DNA of 56,874 bases, filler included, from Jimgerdemannia flammicorona (GCA_003990765.1; 3 parts of 3 records of this genome joined end to end with filler, not necessarily neighbours in it); one strand, 5' to 3'; shown: positions 23,791 through 38,500, counted from the whole stretch's first letter. Made by a program: numbers and translations. Notes: generated by a model from the sequence alone, not told the origin.

Positions 23791-25958
23791 ACTTGGTAGC
23801 AGCAGTTTATAATCTAATTCTACTTCGAGATACTTCCTTACTCTACTACAAACTCCTCTGAGAATTCCTACAAGTTGGTATAAAGCCCAACCTCTGAACT
23901 GGAATTTATTCTGAACCATCTGACAATCTAGAGAGAATTGAACCTAATATACAAGGATAATTTAACCTCCACACCTGCAACAAGTGGGACAAACTTCACT
24001 CAAAGAAAGAAGTACTCTGATTAAATTAGCAAATAAGTGAATCTCTATTCACCAAACTCCTTGCACTACACCCAGCAAGTCAAGATGAAGAAGGTCTTAT
24101 AGAAGCCTTCTTTACTCTTCTCAACAAGAGTTTTGTCAGCTCTATAAATCCAAGTGACCTAGAATAACCAGCAGCAGTCTTTCTAGCCTTAGTTCCTCAT
24201 GAAGCCCAAGCCTCTATAGCCAAGTGGCTCAACTCTACCAACTTTCACCATACCAGGACCAAGACTGTGTTATACTACTAATTCCAGAACAGCAAGGTCT
24301 ACCATATTCTTAAAGAAGAAGCAAGAAAAACCCTTCATCAACTATCTGACCCTAAACCAGAAGCAGGCCCTACTATAGCCCTACCTGAATCTGAAACCAA
24401 TACCAAACCTGAACTTGACTTTGAATTAGGTTCATCTGAAATCAGATATACAACCAATTCTGTCTACTTTGACACTGAGCAAATCCAATTACATGGGGAC
24501 CAAACCAAAGAGAAGGAGGAGTATCTCAGTGAATTTAATCCTGGATACACTACCAAAGGAGATGCACCTCTATTAGGCCAGAACACACCTACACAACAAC
24601 AAACAGTTATCTATCAAGCCCTCACTCCAGACTCACAACTATTTCTCCAGCAACTTATATAGACCCAAAGAACCCCATCACACTCTACACCAGTACCTCA
24701 AGTAGTACCAGTAATACCACTACCAGTAGTCCAACTGCCTCCAGTAAACAATATGGTGAACCAACAGATTCTAGACCTCACAGCCCAGGTAGCAATAATG
24801 GCAGCAACCATTACTGCCTTAGCTGAACAGACCTGACCTACTAAAAATCTGAGCCTACCTACCTTCAATAGTACTGTACAAGAAGTCCAAAGCTTTATTA
24901 GTATAGTTGACACCAACTTCAAAGCCAATCAATAGACCAATGAGTGAGTTGCTGACCACCTTCTGACAAACAATCAAGACCACACTCTGGAACAACTCTT
25001 TGCTACTACCATAGTCTATGTCTGCCAAGTTATTATATTCTTCCAAGGACCTACTGAAGAATGGTGGTGAACTCTTTCTGAAAAACCCCTCACTTGGGAC
25101 ACCTGACCTGCAGTAGTTGCTCAGAATACAGCAAACAATGCCCCAGGATATAGAGCCCATCCTACAGCCCCTGGACTCAAACAACTCATGATTGCTCAAT
25201 ACCACAGCAAAACTATGATCACTGAATCTCAAGTAAAACTCCACAACCTCAAATTTGATATATATAGTAAAGAAGAATTTGAAACCTTCTGTACCAAACT
25301 CGAGTCACTCCTGAACACTATTGGCCTAGGATACATTGCCAATGATGAAGCATGAAATAGTATAAGAGCAGACTATTTATTTGATGTACTATCTGAATGG
25401 CTTACTAGAAAAATCCAAGAACAAGACTGCCCAGTTGGCTGTGATCACTAACAATGGTGCCTGGCAAGAATCAAGACTATGGTCAAGTGAATCCTAATAG
25501 CTGGACCAATTCTGCCTTAAAGACAATTCAATAACAAGGAAAAAACTTAGACCAAGAAAGAAGAACCCAAGCATGAAACATCCTGAGCTCTCTCCACATC
25601 CACCTCTTGGACAACCAGAAATCATGAACCCACCCAGCCAAGTACCTTCAAGAAACTCACCGAAGGAGAAAGGAATGAACTTCAAAGAAGTGGAGCATAC
25701 TTCTATTGCCGAAAGACAGGACACATGGCCAGTGCATACCCTAACTGAAAACCCCAAACAGCAACACAAGCAACTGTTACCACTCTGCATCACCTCAACA
25801 ACCTGACTACCAGAACATTAAACTTTATCAAGTTAAGGCAAACTGCCAAGACCCCAACCAAAGGAAGTCAAAAAGCAGCTGGATATGACCTATATGCAGC
25901 CAAAGAAGCTACAGTTTTCAACCAAGAAGTCAAGCAAGTCTATACAGGAATCAGTATC

Positions 25959-28900
25959 TATTGAGATTTCTAGCTAATCAACTCGGTATGTAGCTCACGT
26001 GAAGGTGGTGCAGCTCATGTGTGAGGACGTCATCAGTGGAAATGTCATCAACGCGTAAATACGCGCTTCGCACATATCAATAAAGATTGCTCCTTTATCT
26101 CTCAAATTCCAGTATTTCACAATAGGTTATGAGCCCCAGTTAGTGGCTAACCAAAACACCTCTTTAATATACGCTACACTACTCTACGTGCAAAAGAGAT
26201 GTCGAATACGCCAGGGAGTCCCTCGGCAGGTGCCGGAACGGGTACCGGAACGGGTGCCGGAATGAGTACCGGAACGGGTACCGGAACAGCCCCAGCGGCA
26301 ACTACTACGACCATCACGACGACGTCAATTCCAGCCCCAGCAGCTATTACAACAGTGCAAACGTCCAAGAGGTCCATCCCTGTCTTCGACGGGAAAGATT
26401 ATGCAATCTGGGCCTATCATATGAAGAATCTCCTTATCGAATGTGGCTTGGCGGACTACTGGAAGCCGCAAGCACAGATTACGGGATACAATGTCGCTAA
26501 CGACGAGAGAGCCTTATGCGAGATTACGTTCACACTATCTAACGCACAACTGAAACACGTCATCTATGCTACAACAGCAAACAAAGCCTGGGAGATCTTA
26601 CGCAATCTACACCAAAAGGACTCCGCCTTGAACAGATTCCACTTGAAATCGCAACTATTCAGCCTACGGATGAAGTCCAAGGAGATGATCCATGAATACG
26701 CCGATTGGGTTGACGAGCTGATGAATCACATTAATGCTCTAAGCGCACCAGCAGATTACATCAAGGACGATGACAAGGTCCTGGCCCTTACACGTGGCCT
26801 TCCCAAGGCATATAATATCGTTGTCATCGCGATGAGGGAGAGTGGTAAGCTTTCGGACTACAAACACGTGATAACGAGCCTCCAGAACATGGAATCTCAG
26901 GCACAGGAGAACGACGATGATGAAAGAGCACTCTACGGCTCGCGTGGACAAGGCAAAAAGCAGCGCAAGGGTCAACACGGCAAAAGCCAGCGCGACAAAA
27001 GCCAGCAAGGCCAAGACCAATCAGAGAAATTCGACAGGAGCTGCTATTATTGCGGCAAGTATGGACACCGTGCGAATGAATACATGAAAAAGGAAAAGGA
27101 CAAGGGTGGAAAGAAAGGAAAGAGTGGCAAGCAAGTGAATAGCGCAGATTCTAACGCCGATAAGGGAGGATTGTTCTTCGCCAATGTAGATTCGGATCCT
27201 TTTGGACCGGTCAAAAATGCGCAAGCCACCCCGACATCTATGAGATTTAGTTCTACATCCACCAGCGCCAGTTCTACCTGCAAATGCGCTTGCTCGACAT
27301 CTACGGAACCCGACATTCGGAATACTTTTCAAGGTGCAAAAAGTGGCGGTGACGTAAACAGCATGTGCACCAGTGCCAGAGACGAGTATACACCGAGCGC
27401 TAACATTGCATGCAATGAAGAGGACATCTGGCTCCTAGATTCGGGCGCATCCCAGCATATGACTTCACACCGTGAGTGGTTCTCTACGTACGAACCCTTT
27501 GACAACCCCGTGCATATCAGATTGGGCGATAATAAGGTTATATACGCTCAGGGGAAGGGCAACGTCAGTATGTATTTGCATGGAAATGTTAAGGAACCCT
27601 ACGCGACCTTTATGGACGTACTGTACGCTCCAGGGATAGGAAAGAACCTCTTCTCGATGGGTCGAACGCTAGCACGAGGGGATAAGCGAATCTCAGGAAT
27701 GTGCGATGGCGTGAAGATATACGATCTCGACGGCAAAGAAGCATTAACGACCAGGAAGCATGGATACTTATACGCAATAAACGGAATGCCGAGTGGCACA
27801 GCTGCAGCGAATGCAGCGTGGTCTGGAACGACCAGCGTAGCATATACCTGGCACCGGAGACTCGGACATATCAGCCTGACAAGCCTCGAACATATGATAA
27901 GGAACGGTTCAGTGAGCGGACTCCCGGACAACTTACGCCCGGACCATATGCCATGTGATGATTGCGCGATGAATAAGGCCTATCAACAACCCTTCCAGGA
28001 ATGGACGAAACGAGCCTCAGGGATACTCGATTTGGTACACTCAGACGTATGGGGACCTGTGAGAAATAAATCACACTCCGGGAAGAAGTATTTTATTACG
28101 TTCATCGACGACTATACGCGCAAGGTCTACGTATACCTTATGGCGGTGAAGAGCGAAGCTTTGGAAAAATTCGGAGAATACAAGGCTATCGTCGAAAATG
28201 AGACCGGACATAAAATTCGAGCACTACACTCAGATAACGGCAAGGAGTACGTTAATAATCAGTTCAAGAACTTCTTGACGAGACACGAGATAAAACACCA
28301 AACGATGGCTCCCTATACGCCTCAGCAGAACGGCGTAGCGGAGCGTTTTAACCGAACGGTAGTGGAGATGGCCCGTACAATGCTCAACGCGGCTGATCTA
28401 TCGAAGCCCTTTTGGGCCGAAGCGGTGAATACGGCGGTGTATATATGCAATAGGTGTATTTCTCGAGCTCTAAGCAAGGATGCTTGTGGCAACGATCAGC
28501 AATCCAGGAACGAGGATAATGCTATGCCACATCAGCTATGGAGTGGAAATCGGCCCGATATCTCACATCTACGCATATTCGGAAGCGAAGCCTACGTGCT
28601 AGATAAAAGCGGAAATAAGGATAAGTTTGATCCAAAGGCTACTAAGCATGTGTTCCTCGGGTATAGCAACGGTTGCAAAGCGTATAGGCTGTGGAATCCA
28701 AGGAAGCGGAGAATTATTAACTCCCGTAACGTTACATTCAAGGAACCTGGCGTACAAGATTCACACGTGAATATCGAGAAGATGACTACGATTACACATA
28801 CGCTTCTGGGAACGCCCCCAGCAATCAACCTTACGCCTCTGGCGGCCAGTACTACACCTCCGGCGAGTCCTCCAGTCACACCCCTGAAGACACCCCCGAA

Positions 28901-31244
28901 AATGTCACCTATCCCGGCGAGGATTCATTCGCCACCTCCTGGACCGAGGATAACTGAGATAAGGGATAGCGATGACGAGACTAGCGAAGCAGAGACGATT
29001 CTCCCATCTACGAAAGGTAAACAAAAGCACAAATCCAGGACATTGGATACGGATCTAGGAGACTATTGGAATGTTCCGAAGACCCAATGCAAGCATCATG
29101 TGAACTACACTTGCGAGTGCACATACTTGATAACGGTGGATCCACGATCATATGACGAAGCCGTATCCTCCCCTGATAGCAAGGAGTGGAAGCGAGCGAT
29201 GGATGAAGAGTATAATTCGCTCATCAGCAACGGTACTTGGGATCTAGTACCTCTTCCGAGGGATCGTCAAGCTATAGGATCTCATTGGGTATATAAAGTT
29301 AAGCGTCAAAGCGATGGAAGCGTAGAGCGGTACAAGGCACGCTTCGTTGCTAAGGGATATTCACAGGATTACGGCGTAGACTACGACGAGACGTTCTCTC
29401 CCGTATTCAAGCTCACTTCTCTATGCATACTACTGGCTATCGGCGCTGAGTACGATTACGAAATACAGCAGATGGATGTTAAGACTGCATTCCTGAATGG
29501 TGACGTAGATACGGAACTATACGTCCAACAGCCGCAAGGATACGAACTATACGACGGGCGGAAAGAGCTCATATGCAAACTACATAAAGGGTTATATGGA
29601 ATCAAGTAAGCGGCGAGACTATGGAATCGGAAGATCGATCAATATCTGCTTGACAACGGATTTCGGCGGTGCGAAGCAGATCCATGCATATATACGCGAC
29701 ATACATCCTCAGGAATGGTATACTTGGGGATATGGGTCGATGACATCATAATCGTTGGCAAGAGAAGCCAAGTTAACGAAGTAAAAGCTATGCTACGCCA
29801 GGAATTCGAGATGACAGACTTAGGCGACGCGTCCTTCTTATTGGGGATAGCGATTACACGTGACAGAAACGAGCGCACTATATACCTATCCCAAGCCACC
29901 TACGCTAAGCAAGTACTTGAATGATTCAGGATGAGCGATTGTAAGCCAGTGGCGACGCCAATGGAAACTACGACGAGGCTAAGGAAAAGTGACCCTACGC
30001 CCGACAAGAACATCCCCTATAGACAAGCGGTGGGATCCCTTATGTATCTTATGCAAGGAATGCGACCAGACATCTCCTATGCAGTAAACAAAGTGGCGCA
30101 GTATGCCTCATGCTATGACAACTCGCATTGGATGGCAATTAAGCGCATATTCAGGTACATCAAAGGAATAGCAGACTATACGCTCAGTTTGGGCGGTGAT
30201 AAAGGACAAAGCGGGAGTCACGTGCGTGTCTCCGGAGCTTGCGACGCCGATTGGGCCGGCGACCTCGACGACCGGCGCTCTACGACCGGATATCTCTTCC
30301 ATATCGGCAAAGGGGTTATCTCGTGGCAAACACGTAAGCAATCATCGGTGGCCACATCCTCTACGCAAGCGGAATATCAAGTGTTGTCCACAGCAACTAA
30401 GGAAGCCGTATGGCTACGGAAATTACTAAAAGAATTAGGGTATACTCAGGAATGAGACTCTACGCTGATCTTACAGGATAATCAATCTATGATTGCATTA
30501 GCAAAGAACCCTATACATCATGCAAGGACTAAGCATATCGACATTCAACATCATTATATATGCGAATGCATGGAAAATGGTACTATACGCCTGGAATATA
30601 TGCCAATGGAGTCTATGACGGTGGATTCTCTTACGAAGGCCCTTCCGAGGCCAAAATTCGAACACTGCGTGCAAGGGATGTGTCTTACGAGCAACCCTAT
30701 GCTACGGCCAGGATTCAGGGACCACCAACAACAACAATAATCGATGCAAATCACGAGACTTTCCTAATGGCGAAAAGCCTCCAACATATACATCTTACAT
30801 CCCCTATGAACATTGCACATCCGTACTGCATTTCTATTTGCAAGCAAGCAAGCAAACATTTCAAGCAGACATCCATTTCGGACATTCGGACTGTTTATCA
30901 GTTCCTAGCGCACTCTTTCTACTACGTATTCTACCTATTTTAGTGCTTATAAGCAGGGAATTCGGACATTTTTAGGTTGATAGATAGCACCCATTCTACC
31001 TATCGTTTCCTGCATTGCATTCATTAGTTAGCTAGCATGCATTTCTGCAGTTTGAGCGCATATCTCGTTGAGCGGGAGTGTTGAGATTTCTAGCTAATCA
31101 ACTCGGTATGTAGCTCACGTGAAGGTGGCGCAGCTCACGTGTGAGGACGTCATCAGTGGAAACGTCATCAACACGTAAATACACGCTTTGCACATATCAA
31201 TAAAGATTGCTCCTTTATCCCTCAAATTCCAGTATTTCACAATA
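25959..31244 (+). mobile_element. Young Ty1/Copia LTR retrotransposon
   Basis: 166-bp LTRs at 25959-26124 and 31079-31244, TSD GTATC, PBS GGTTATGAGCCC, PPT GAGCGGGAG. CpGs largely retained. Confidence 0.97.
26199..30740 (+). pseudogene. Copia gag-PR-IN-RT-RNaseH polyprotein with three premature stops
   Basis: 1136-aa ORF with WLLDSGAS, WHRRLGH, HSDVWGP, QQNGVAER and QMDVKTAFL. Same-frame continuation with WVDD, DADWAGD and KHIDI. Stops at 29607, 29922 and 30453. Confidence 0.95.
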
Positions 31245-34200
31245 GTATCCAAATTCCTGAAGAATATGTTGGAAGAATATGCTGTCACAGCAGCCTAGCA
31301 TTGAAAGGACTCTCAGTAGAAGGAGGAGTCATTGATGAGAATTACATAGGCGAAATTATTGTCCTCATCCAAAACTACAGTTGGACACCCTTCAAGATCC
31401 CCATTGATTTCTATATTGCTCAGATTCTATTCGAAAAAATTGAGTTAATACTAATAGTCAAGGAAGTCCCTGAACTACTGCTCACTATCCAAGGATCCAA
31501 AGGATTTGGTTCATTGAACAAGGCCCCAGCCCAACTAACCATGAACAAAGAAAAACAATTCTACAAGAAAATTAAAGATGGATATATATCAAGTGGCCAA
31601 TGCCTCCATGGTATTGAAATGTACTCTTCCTGAATGATTGATGATTACTTCTATTGTATCAATGAACTGGCTCAAAGAAGAACCAATAAAAGCTCCTACA
31701 ACTGAAATCACCACCTTTGAATCAGACAAACTACTTACACTTCAAGCTTTTGTCAACTGAGCATCTGTCAAGATTATGATAGACAGTGGTGCCTCAGACA
31801 ACTTCATCAATGAAGAAACAGCCAACAGACTCAAGGTCTTCACATCTCCAGTACAGCAAACTCAAGCAGTTGCCACAGCCAATGGAACCTCACATGTTAT
31901 TAGCAAGAAAGTCCACAATCTACCCTTCTGAATTGGTGACTACTGAGTACATGTTACCCTCCAAATTGTACCACTTCCTGACAATAAAATCATTCTTGAG
32001 ACTCTATGGTTAAAACAAGAAAACCCTATGATTGATTGGGTAAACCATTCTCTGACCATTAAGAAAGGATGCCACAACTTCAAACTGTAAAGTGAAAAGG
32101 ACCCACTCAACTCTAGTGACCCTAGACCAAAGATCACTTACATCAACAAGCTATAACTCAAGAAATTGGCCAAGAAATGCCCTCTTTTTGCCATCTCCAT
32201 CCATCCATCCAAAGGAGAACTCAAGAACTCTGAAGAAGACTTTTCCAAAGTTGACAGCTGTGTTAGACCCTTACTTCAGAAATTCTGAGACATATTCCCA
32301 AAGAAGCTTCTGAAAGGCCTACCACCTAAACAAGCAGTAGATCATGCCATCAAGACTATCCCAGATGCCAAACTAGCCTTCAAGTCAATCTACCATATAT
32401 CTCTAAGAGAAATTAATGCACTCAAGAAGGAAATCGACGAACTCCTAGAACAAGGATTTATCAGACCCAGTATATCACCCTATGGTACACCAGTCCTCTT
32501 TGTTGTCAAGAAAGGAGGAGACCTATGAATGTATATTAATTATGGAGACCTCAATGAACAGACCATTAAGAACTATTGCCCACTATCAAGAATCAATGAA
32601 ATATTTGATAGGCTCACCAATCTGCAATTCATGAGCTCTTTTGACCTGCGAAATGGTTACTGACAAATTGCTATGAAAGAAGAAGACATCTACAAGACAG
32701 TCTTTCAAACTTGCTATGGACACTTTGAGTTTCTGATTATGCTCTTTGGCTTAACTAATGCTTCTACAATCTTCCAAACACTGATGAATACTATCCTGTA
32801 CCCATACCTGGACAAATTCGTTATTATCTACATTGATGACATCCTAGTCTTCAGCAAAACCCTGGAGGAATATCTTGAACACCTTGAACTAGTACTACTG
32901 AAACTCCGAGAAAACCAACTCTTTGCAAAACTCAGCAAATGTGAATTTCTCCTGAAAGAAATTCAATTCCTTGAACACATTGTTACTCCAAATGGAATCA
33001 AAGTAGACCCCAGCAAAATCTCTATAATCAAGGATTGGCCCAGACCCAAGAAGCTGAAAGATCTCCAGTCATTTCTGGGATTAGCAAACTATTACTAGTG
33101 ATTTGTTGCCAACTTTGCCAAAATCGCTACTGCTCTTACCCAAATGACCAAGTACAGCAAGAAAGAAGAACAACCCTGGACCTCAAAATAAGAGAAAGAC
33201 TTCAACAATCTTATAAATTAGGGACCTAAGCAAGATACCACCTTTCAAGCACTGAAGGATGCCTTGATAACCACTCCAGTACTTCAAGTAGTAAATCCTG
33301 CCCTACCATATGAAGTCACTACTGATGCCTCTGACCTAGCTCTTGGAGCTGTGCTCATACAAGAAGGACACCCTGTGGCCTACTACTCCCACAAGTTCAA
33401 TGATGCCAAAATTAACTATACAACCCACAAGAAGGAAATGCTAGCCATTGTAGACACTCTGATCAAATAGTGACCATACCTAGAAGAAGTACACTTCACT
33501 GTATTGACTGACCACAAGTCATTAGTCAACATCAAGACCCAGGCTACCCTTTCTCGAAAGCAAGCCAGATGGATAAAAGTTCTCACCAACTTTGACTATG
33601 AAATCCAGTATCACTCTAGTAAGGAAAACATTGTTGCTGATGCAATCTCCAGACCACCAATTGAAGAAGTTATCCAAACCCTCACTTTGGTTACAAACTT
33701 CATCATGGAACAAATCATCACAGCATATGCTGATGATAAAGAAGCTTAAGCACTGTGAGAAATTCTGAATAGTGACAATACTAATAAGTATACTCAGTAT
33801 AACCAATACTAACTAAAGGACAATACTATCTATTACAAGGACAGATTGTATATTCCAAACAACTGAGATCTCTGAAGGACTATTCTATTTGAATGTCATA
33901 ATACCCCTACAGCTGGATATTTAGGATTTGACAAATGCTATGAGGTCATCTCTCAAAACTTCTATTGGCCCTATATAGCAGATCAACTAAAGACCTACAT
34001 CACTTTCTGTGATGCCTGCCAATGGAATAAGTCCTCAACACTAGCAAAACCTAGCTTACTCTACTCTATCCCAGTACCATCTGCTAATTGGGAACAAATC
34101 TCTATAGACTTTATTATACAACTACCCTAAACCAAGAACAGAAAAGATGCAATTGTTGTCTTTGTGGACTATCTCAGCAAACAAGCCCACTTTATACTAA

Positions 34201-35600
34201 CTACCACTACTGTAACAGCATCAGATATAGCTACACTCTTGTTTGACAACATCTTCCACTATCATAGTCTTCCTAAGATCATTGTTAGTGACTGAGATCC
34301 AAAATTCATCAGTCATTTTTGGAAAGCTCCTCTATATATACCTTGGAATGAAACTTGCACTATCCACAGCCTTTCACCCTGAAACTGATGGCTAAACTGA
34401 AAGAATGAACTGAACTCTGGAACAAATGCTAAGGAACTATGTTTCCTACAGACAAGATGATTGACATGAACACCTTACTATAGTCAAGTTTGCCTATAAC
34501 AATAGCAAGCAAGCCTCTCTTGGAATAACCCTGTTCTTCACCAATACTGGACAAAACCCAAACACCCCTTTGACACTCATCCAAACTACTGAAGAACTCT
34601 CTACAGTCGAAGCTATTAAAGAATTCTTACTCTGAATGTGTAATCTAAGCCAGATCACAATTGAGAACTTATCACAAGCTCAAGAACAACAGTCACAGTA
34701 TGTTAACCAACACTGCTGAGAAGAAACCTTTGATATTGGAGAAAAAGTTCTACTAGACATCCAAGGATACTGAGTTGACAACCTCAAATACAGACTATCT
34801 ACAAAGCTGAACAACAAGTTCATTGGACCATTCAAAGTTATTGTACAAGTCTCTCCAACCTCCTACAAATTGGTGCTACCAGATACTATTAAGATTTACC
34901 CAGTCTTCAATGTCCAACATCTCAAGTAATATAATGACAATGATGATGAACTATTCTCAAACTGAACCATAGAACCACCTATACCTGTCATTATTAATAA
35001 CTAGAAAGAATACAAAGTTGAACAAATCCTCAACAAATATGGCCACAAGAACCATCCTGAGTACCTTGTCAAATGGAAAGGTTACCCAATCCATGATATC
35101 ACATAGAAACCTGAGACCAATCTCTAGAATACTACTGACTTGGTTCAGGAATATAATTTCTTGAACAACTGAAATCTGAATACTCTGACACCTATCAGTA
35201 CATACTATATATTACTCTCCTGAATATTATACTATCATAAACAAAATCAAGAACTCAGCAAGTTAAGACAAAAGAATACTGACCCTTTAGAAAAATAGCA
35301 AAACTGAAAGCAAGTCTATTCTCCCCATACCACTGGTGGGAAACGAGGTGTAGACATTTAAGAAGATTCCTTAGAGGAAATTCTCCAGCAGTGAATGATG
35401 TCAGAATCACTTCCGGTGTACGGCATCAAACACATAACTCTTTAATGTATGAATCCAATGCATTAGGCAACTGTACTACAAGCATGCCACTTTCTGAAAA
35501 AATGGACTTCACCAGACTTTTGACTCCTCAAATAGTGTAACAACACTAGAACAAATTAGAAGGCCCCAATAAGAATATCGAAAGCTAAGAAGGAGAGAGT

Positions 35601-37663
35601 TGTAAGCACATAATCCCCAAGCCACCAAAATCACACATCACCCTCTGAACAAGCCACCAAAATCACATGCGACCTCTCAACAAATCTGGAGATTACCTGC
35701 TCAATCACAAAGCTGAGTCAAACCAAAGTCACAGCACACAAAGCTGAGTCAACACGAAGTCACAGAATACAAGATTCACACAAACAGAATCTTACCAATC
35801 AGGACCAAATGTATATATACTGAGCACCAAGACATGTTGAAACAGAGAACCAAAACAAACAACAACCACAACTTCCAAACATACACAAATATGACCACCA
35901 AGATCTATGACTGCATCCATGCTGACATTTGAAATACCATTGTCAACTAAGCCACACCCCCTCTACCCCTCATGAATATCCATAGCCTAGCACCCCTCTA
36001 CTTTATAGAAGCCTGATGGAATGTCCTGAACATACTTAATGAGGTCCACCAGATTGGACAAATCTCAAGCTACTACCAGATCGGCCGCCTCCTGGAAGAC
36101 ATGGTTGAACACCACCATGATATAGACATTACTCAGATGTCTTAACACCAGAAGCTCATCACTTACAAATACCGAGAACTCTCCTATGAGTACAGCATCT
36201 TTATTCTCTACCTCCAAGTTACTATCAGCGAAATGGTTGCTACTCTGTCCTATGGCCAAATAGATGATATGATACAAGAACTCAACTACAAGTACCTCAA
36301 ATACATGGAAACTACAGACAGAACCTTCTCACACCCGAATGACCATATCCTGCAAATGCCTCAAGTTGAATATGTGATGAAAGATGTCTACGATATAATC
36401 TGTTTTGATGAAGATGAAGTAGAAGACAACAATCCCTCTGACACTGACATGACCTCAAGCCAAAGATCTCTACCAACCCTGATCACACCACCAATCTTGC
36501 TGATGAACTTACAATAGTTCCTAACCACATATGAGACTTATTGGGACAATGACCACTAGCATAAATATCAACCTATATTCACTCTCAATTATTTCAACTA
36601 TAATGAAGAGACCAGAGAACACAACCTGTACCTTCAGATAACTCTTGAGTTTGAACCAACAACTCTATCATCTAAGTACAAGCAACATGAATCATAGCCA
36701 CCAGTCTACTATTACTCTGCGACTCATAGTGCTGTAACTTATAGAAGATATGCAGACAGTGAATCCAATGAAAATGAAGACAATGTATCACTCCTTTGTC
36801 TGCCAACACCTTATCCAGCATATGAGACAGATGCAATCCTGTGGGATAGAGATGAAGTTCCAATGTATTATTACCTCAGTGAATAAGAAAAAGTAATCCA
36901 CAAACTACTTTTCCTAGATGACTACTTTATCAGAGATGATGTCATCAATGGTGATGTCATCAAAGACTACCCAGACAGTGTCTAAACCTATAAATAGCTT
37001 AGCAGTTATAGTATAGTTAGATTAGCCTTATATAATGTAACTGTGAACTAACTCAGTAGTCAGATGATCTCTTGACAAGTTAGATCACACTGTACTATGT
37101 GACTGCATTCTGACTCAGCAAGGCACTTAGTGCTATATCCATATTTAGTATAGTTCAAATAGCCCCTTATTAGTATAAATATCCCCTCCCCCAGACCTCA
37201 GAATCTTAGATCTGAACATTCTGAACACAACTTCTGAGTACTTCCCCACAATATCCCTTTATACAACTATTCCTAGTATAGCAATATCATGAATAGCAAA
37301 TAAACCTATTTAATAACCCACAAACTACTCTTAAGTAAATCTGCTCCCCATTAGGTCCCACTCTTAACCCTATTATAAAATTTCCTAATTGGGTATTGTC
37401 TGCAGCAATACATCAATTCAACTGAGCTGGTCTTAGTTTCTTGAACTTTCTGAAATACAGAAAATCCCGAATATCTAGAACTAGTCCAAAAAAGGACTTT
37501 GGTTGAGACGTCAACCTGATCTTGAAATCAATAAGCATAGAGGATATACTCCATATGAAATTGATCTTGACCTTAAGAAAATGGTCTTCCAGAACTTCCA
37601 GAACTTCCAAAAAAACTCTTCCAGAACTATATAATGGTTATTCTAAAAAGCAACCCTCTTACA
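35601..37663 (+). repeat. E3 3' LTR
   Basis: Direct repeat of 21721-23790. Confidence 0.95.
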
Positions 37664-37889
37664 GATAGCTGAGATAAGAGAGATTGATAGGGAATATTCT
37701 GTCAGAGTGATGGATAGGATAGAGCTCCCTGAGTGGATACTATTGCTGATTGGTAGAGGAGATCTGTGAGTAGAGTGGAGAGCAGATAGAGATAGTTAAT
37801 GAGATAGTAGTTTTTCATTAAGACAGAATGAGAGGTGGGCCCCCTAGGGGGGTTGGATAGAGTGGGGATCTGTGTATTATTATAGAATT

Positions 37890-37989
37890 NNNNNNNNNNN
37901 NNNNNNNNNNNNNNNNNNNNNNNNNNNNNNNNNTTAATTAATTAANNNNNNNNNNNNNNNNNNNNNNNNNNNNNNNNNNNNNNNNNNNN
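37890..37989. other. Assembly gap with artificial linker
   Basis: N-run, TTAATTAATTAA, N-run. Confidence 0.97.
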
Positions 37990-38500
37990 CTTCCAATCTT
38001 CCCTCCTCCCCTTGTCTTTATACAATAAGGCCACCAGTCCGAGTCCTGCTCTCCAACCCACTCACCACTCTGAAGGACATGGTCACAGAGAGCAGCCATC
38101 TCGCCCAAAATGCCCGGGACCTTCACCATCTTCTTCCAGAAGTCCCATGATAACCCATCCTCCCCTGGCGCCGTTCCAAGCTTAGTGGCCGCAAGGACAC
38201 TCTGGATCTCCTCTTCTTGCACCGGTAGTATCAAGTCACCCAATCCATCTACCCGCGGCAGTCTCCACTCTCCTAGTGTATCTGCTATCGCCTCCCCACC
38301 AGCACCCCCTTCTCCCTCGCTCCACAAATTCTGCCATCTCTCCTTCAATACCCCTAGGATATGTTGTGTGCCATGCACCATGACGCCCTCAGCATTTAGG
38401 ATCCCCTCCCACCTATGCCGCACCCGCCTAGCCTGAAGGAGTCTTGATAAGTACCTAGTAGGCCTCTCACCCTCCTCAAGCCCTATATGAGTCAGCTTGG
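37990..38500 (-). mobile_element. L1/Tx1-like non-LTR retrotransposon ORF2 fragment, 5'-truncated, abutting the E5 LTR
   Basis: EGERPTRYL...EEEIQSVL...APGEDGLSWDFWKK is typical of the region just before the RT domain in L1-clade ORF2. Confidence 0.85.

Larger units (their letters stand above)
23794..35172 (+). pseudogene. E3 gag-dUTPase-ZnF-PR-RT-RH-IN-chromodomain (Copia inserted at 25959-31244)
   Basis: Motifs FYCRKTGHMASAY, AAGYDL, GGVIDENYIGEI, IDSGAS, YIDDILVFS, TDASD, TAFHPETDG*TERMN and EYKVEQIL...YLVKWKGY. Confidence 0.9.
21721..37663 (+). mobile_element. E3: chromovirus-type Ty3/Gypsy with ~2.07-kb LTRs, interrupted by a Copia
   Basis: LTRs 21721-23790 and 35601-37663 (TGTAAG...CTTACA), TSD GATAG, PBS TGGTAGCAGC at 23794, PPT AAGAAGGAGAGAG. 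Confidence 0.95.

Noticed and set aside
35285..35540. ATG-poor open frame between the E3 chromodomain and PPT
   Set aside because: Only one copy in the window, with no homolog or recognisable motif, so it cannot be supported.
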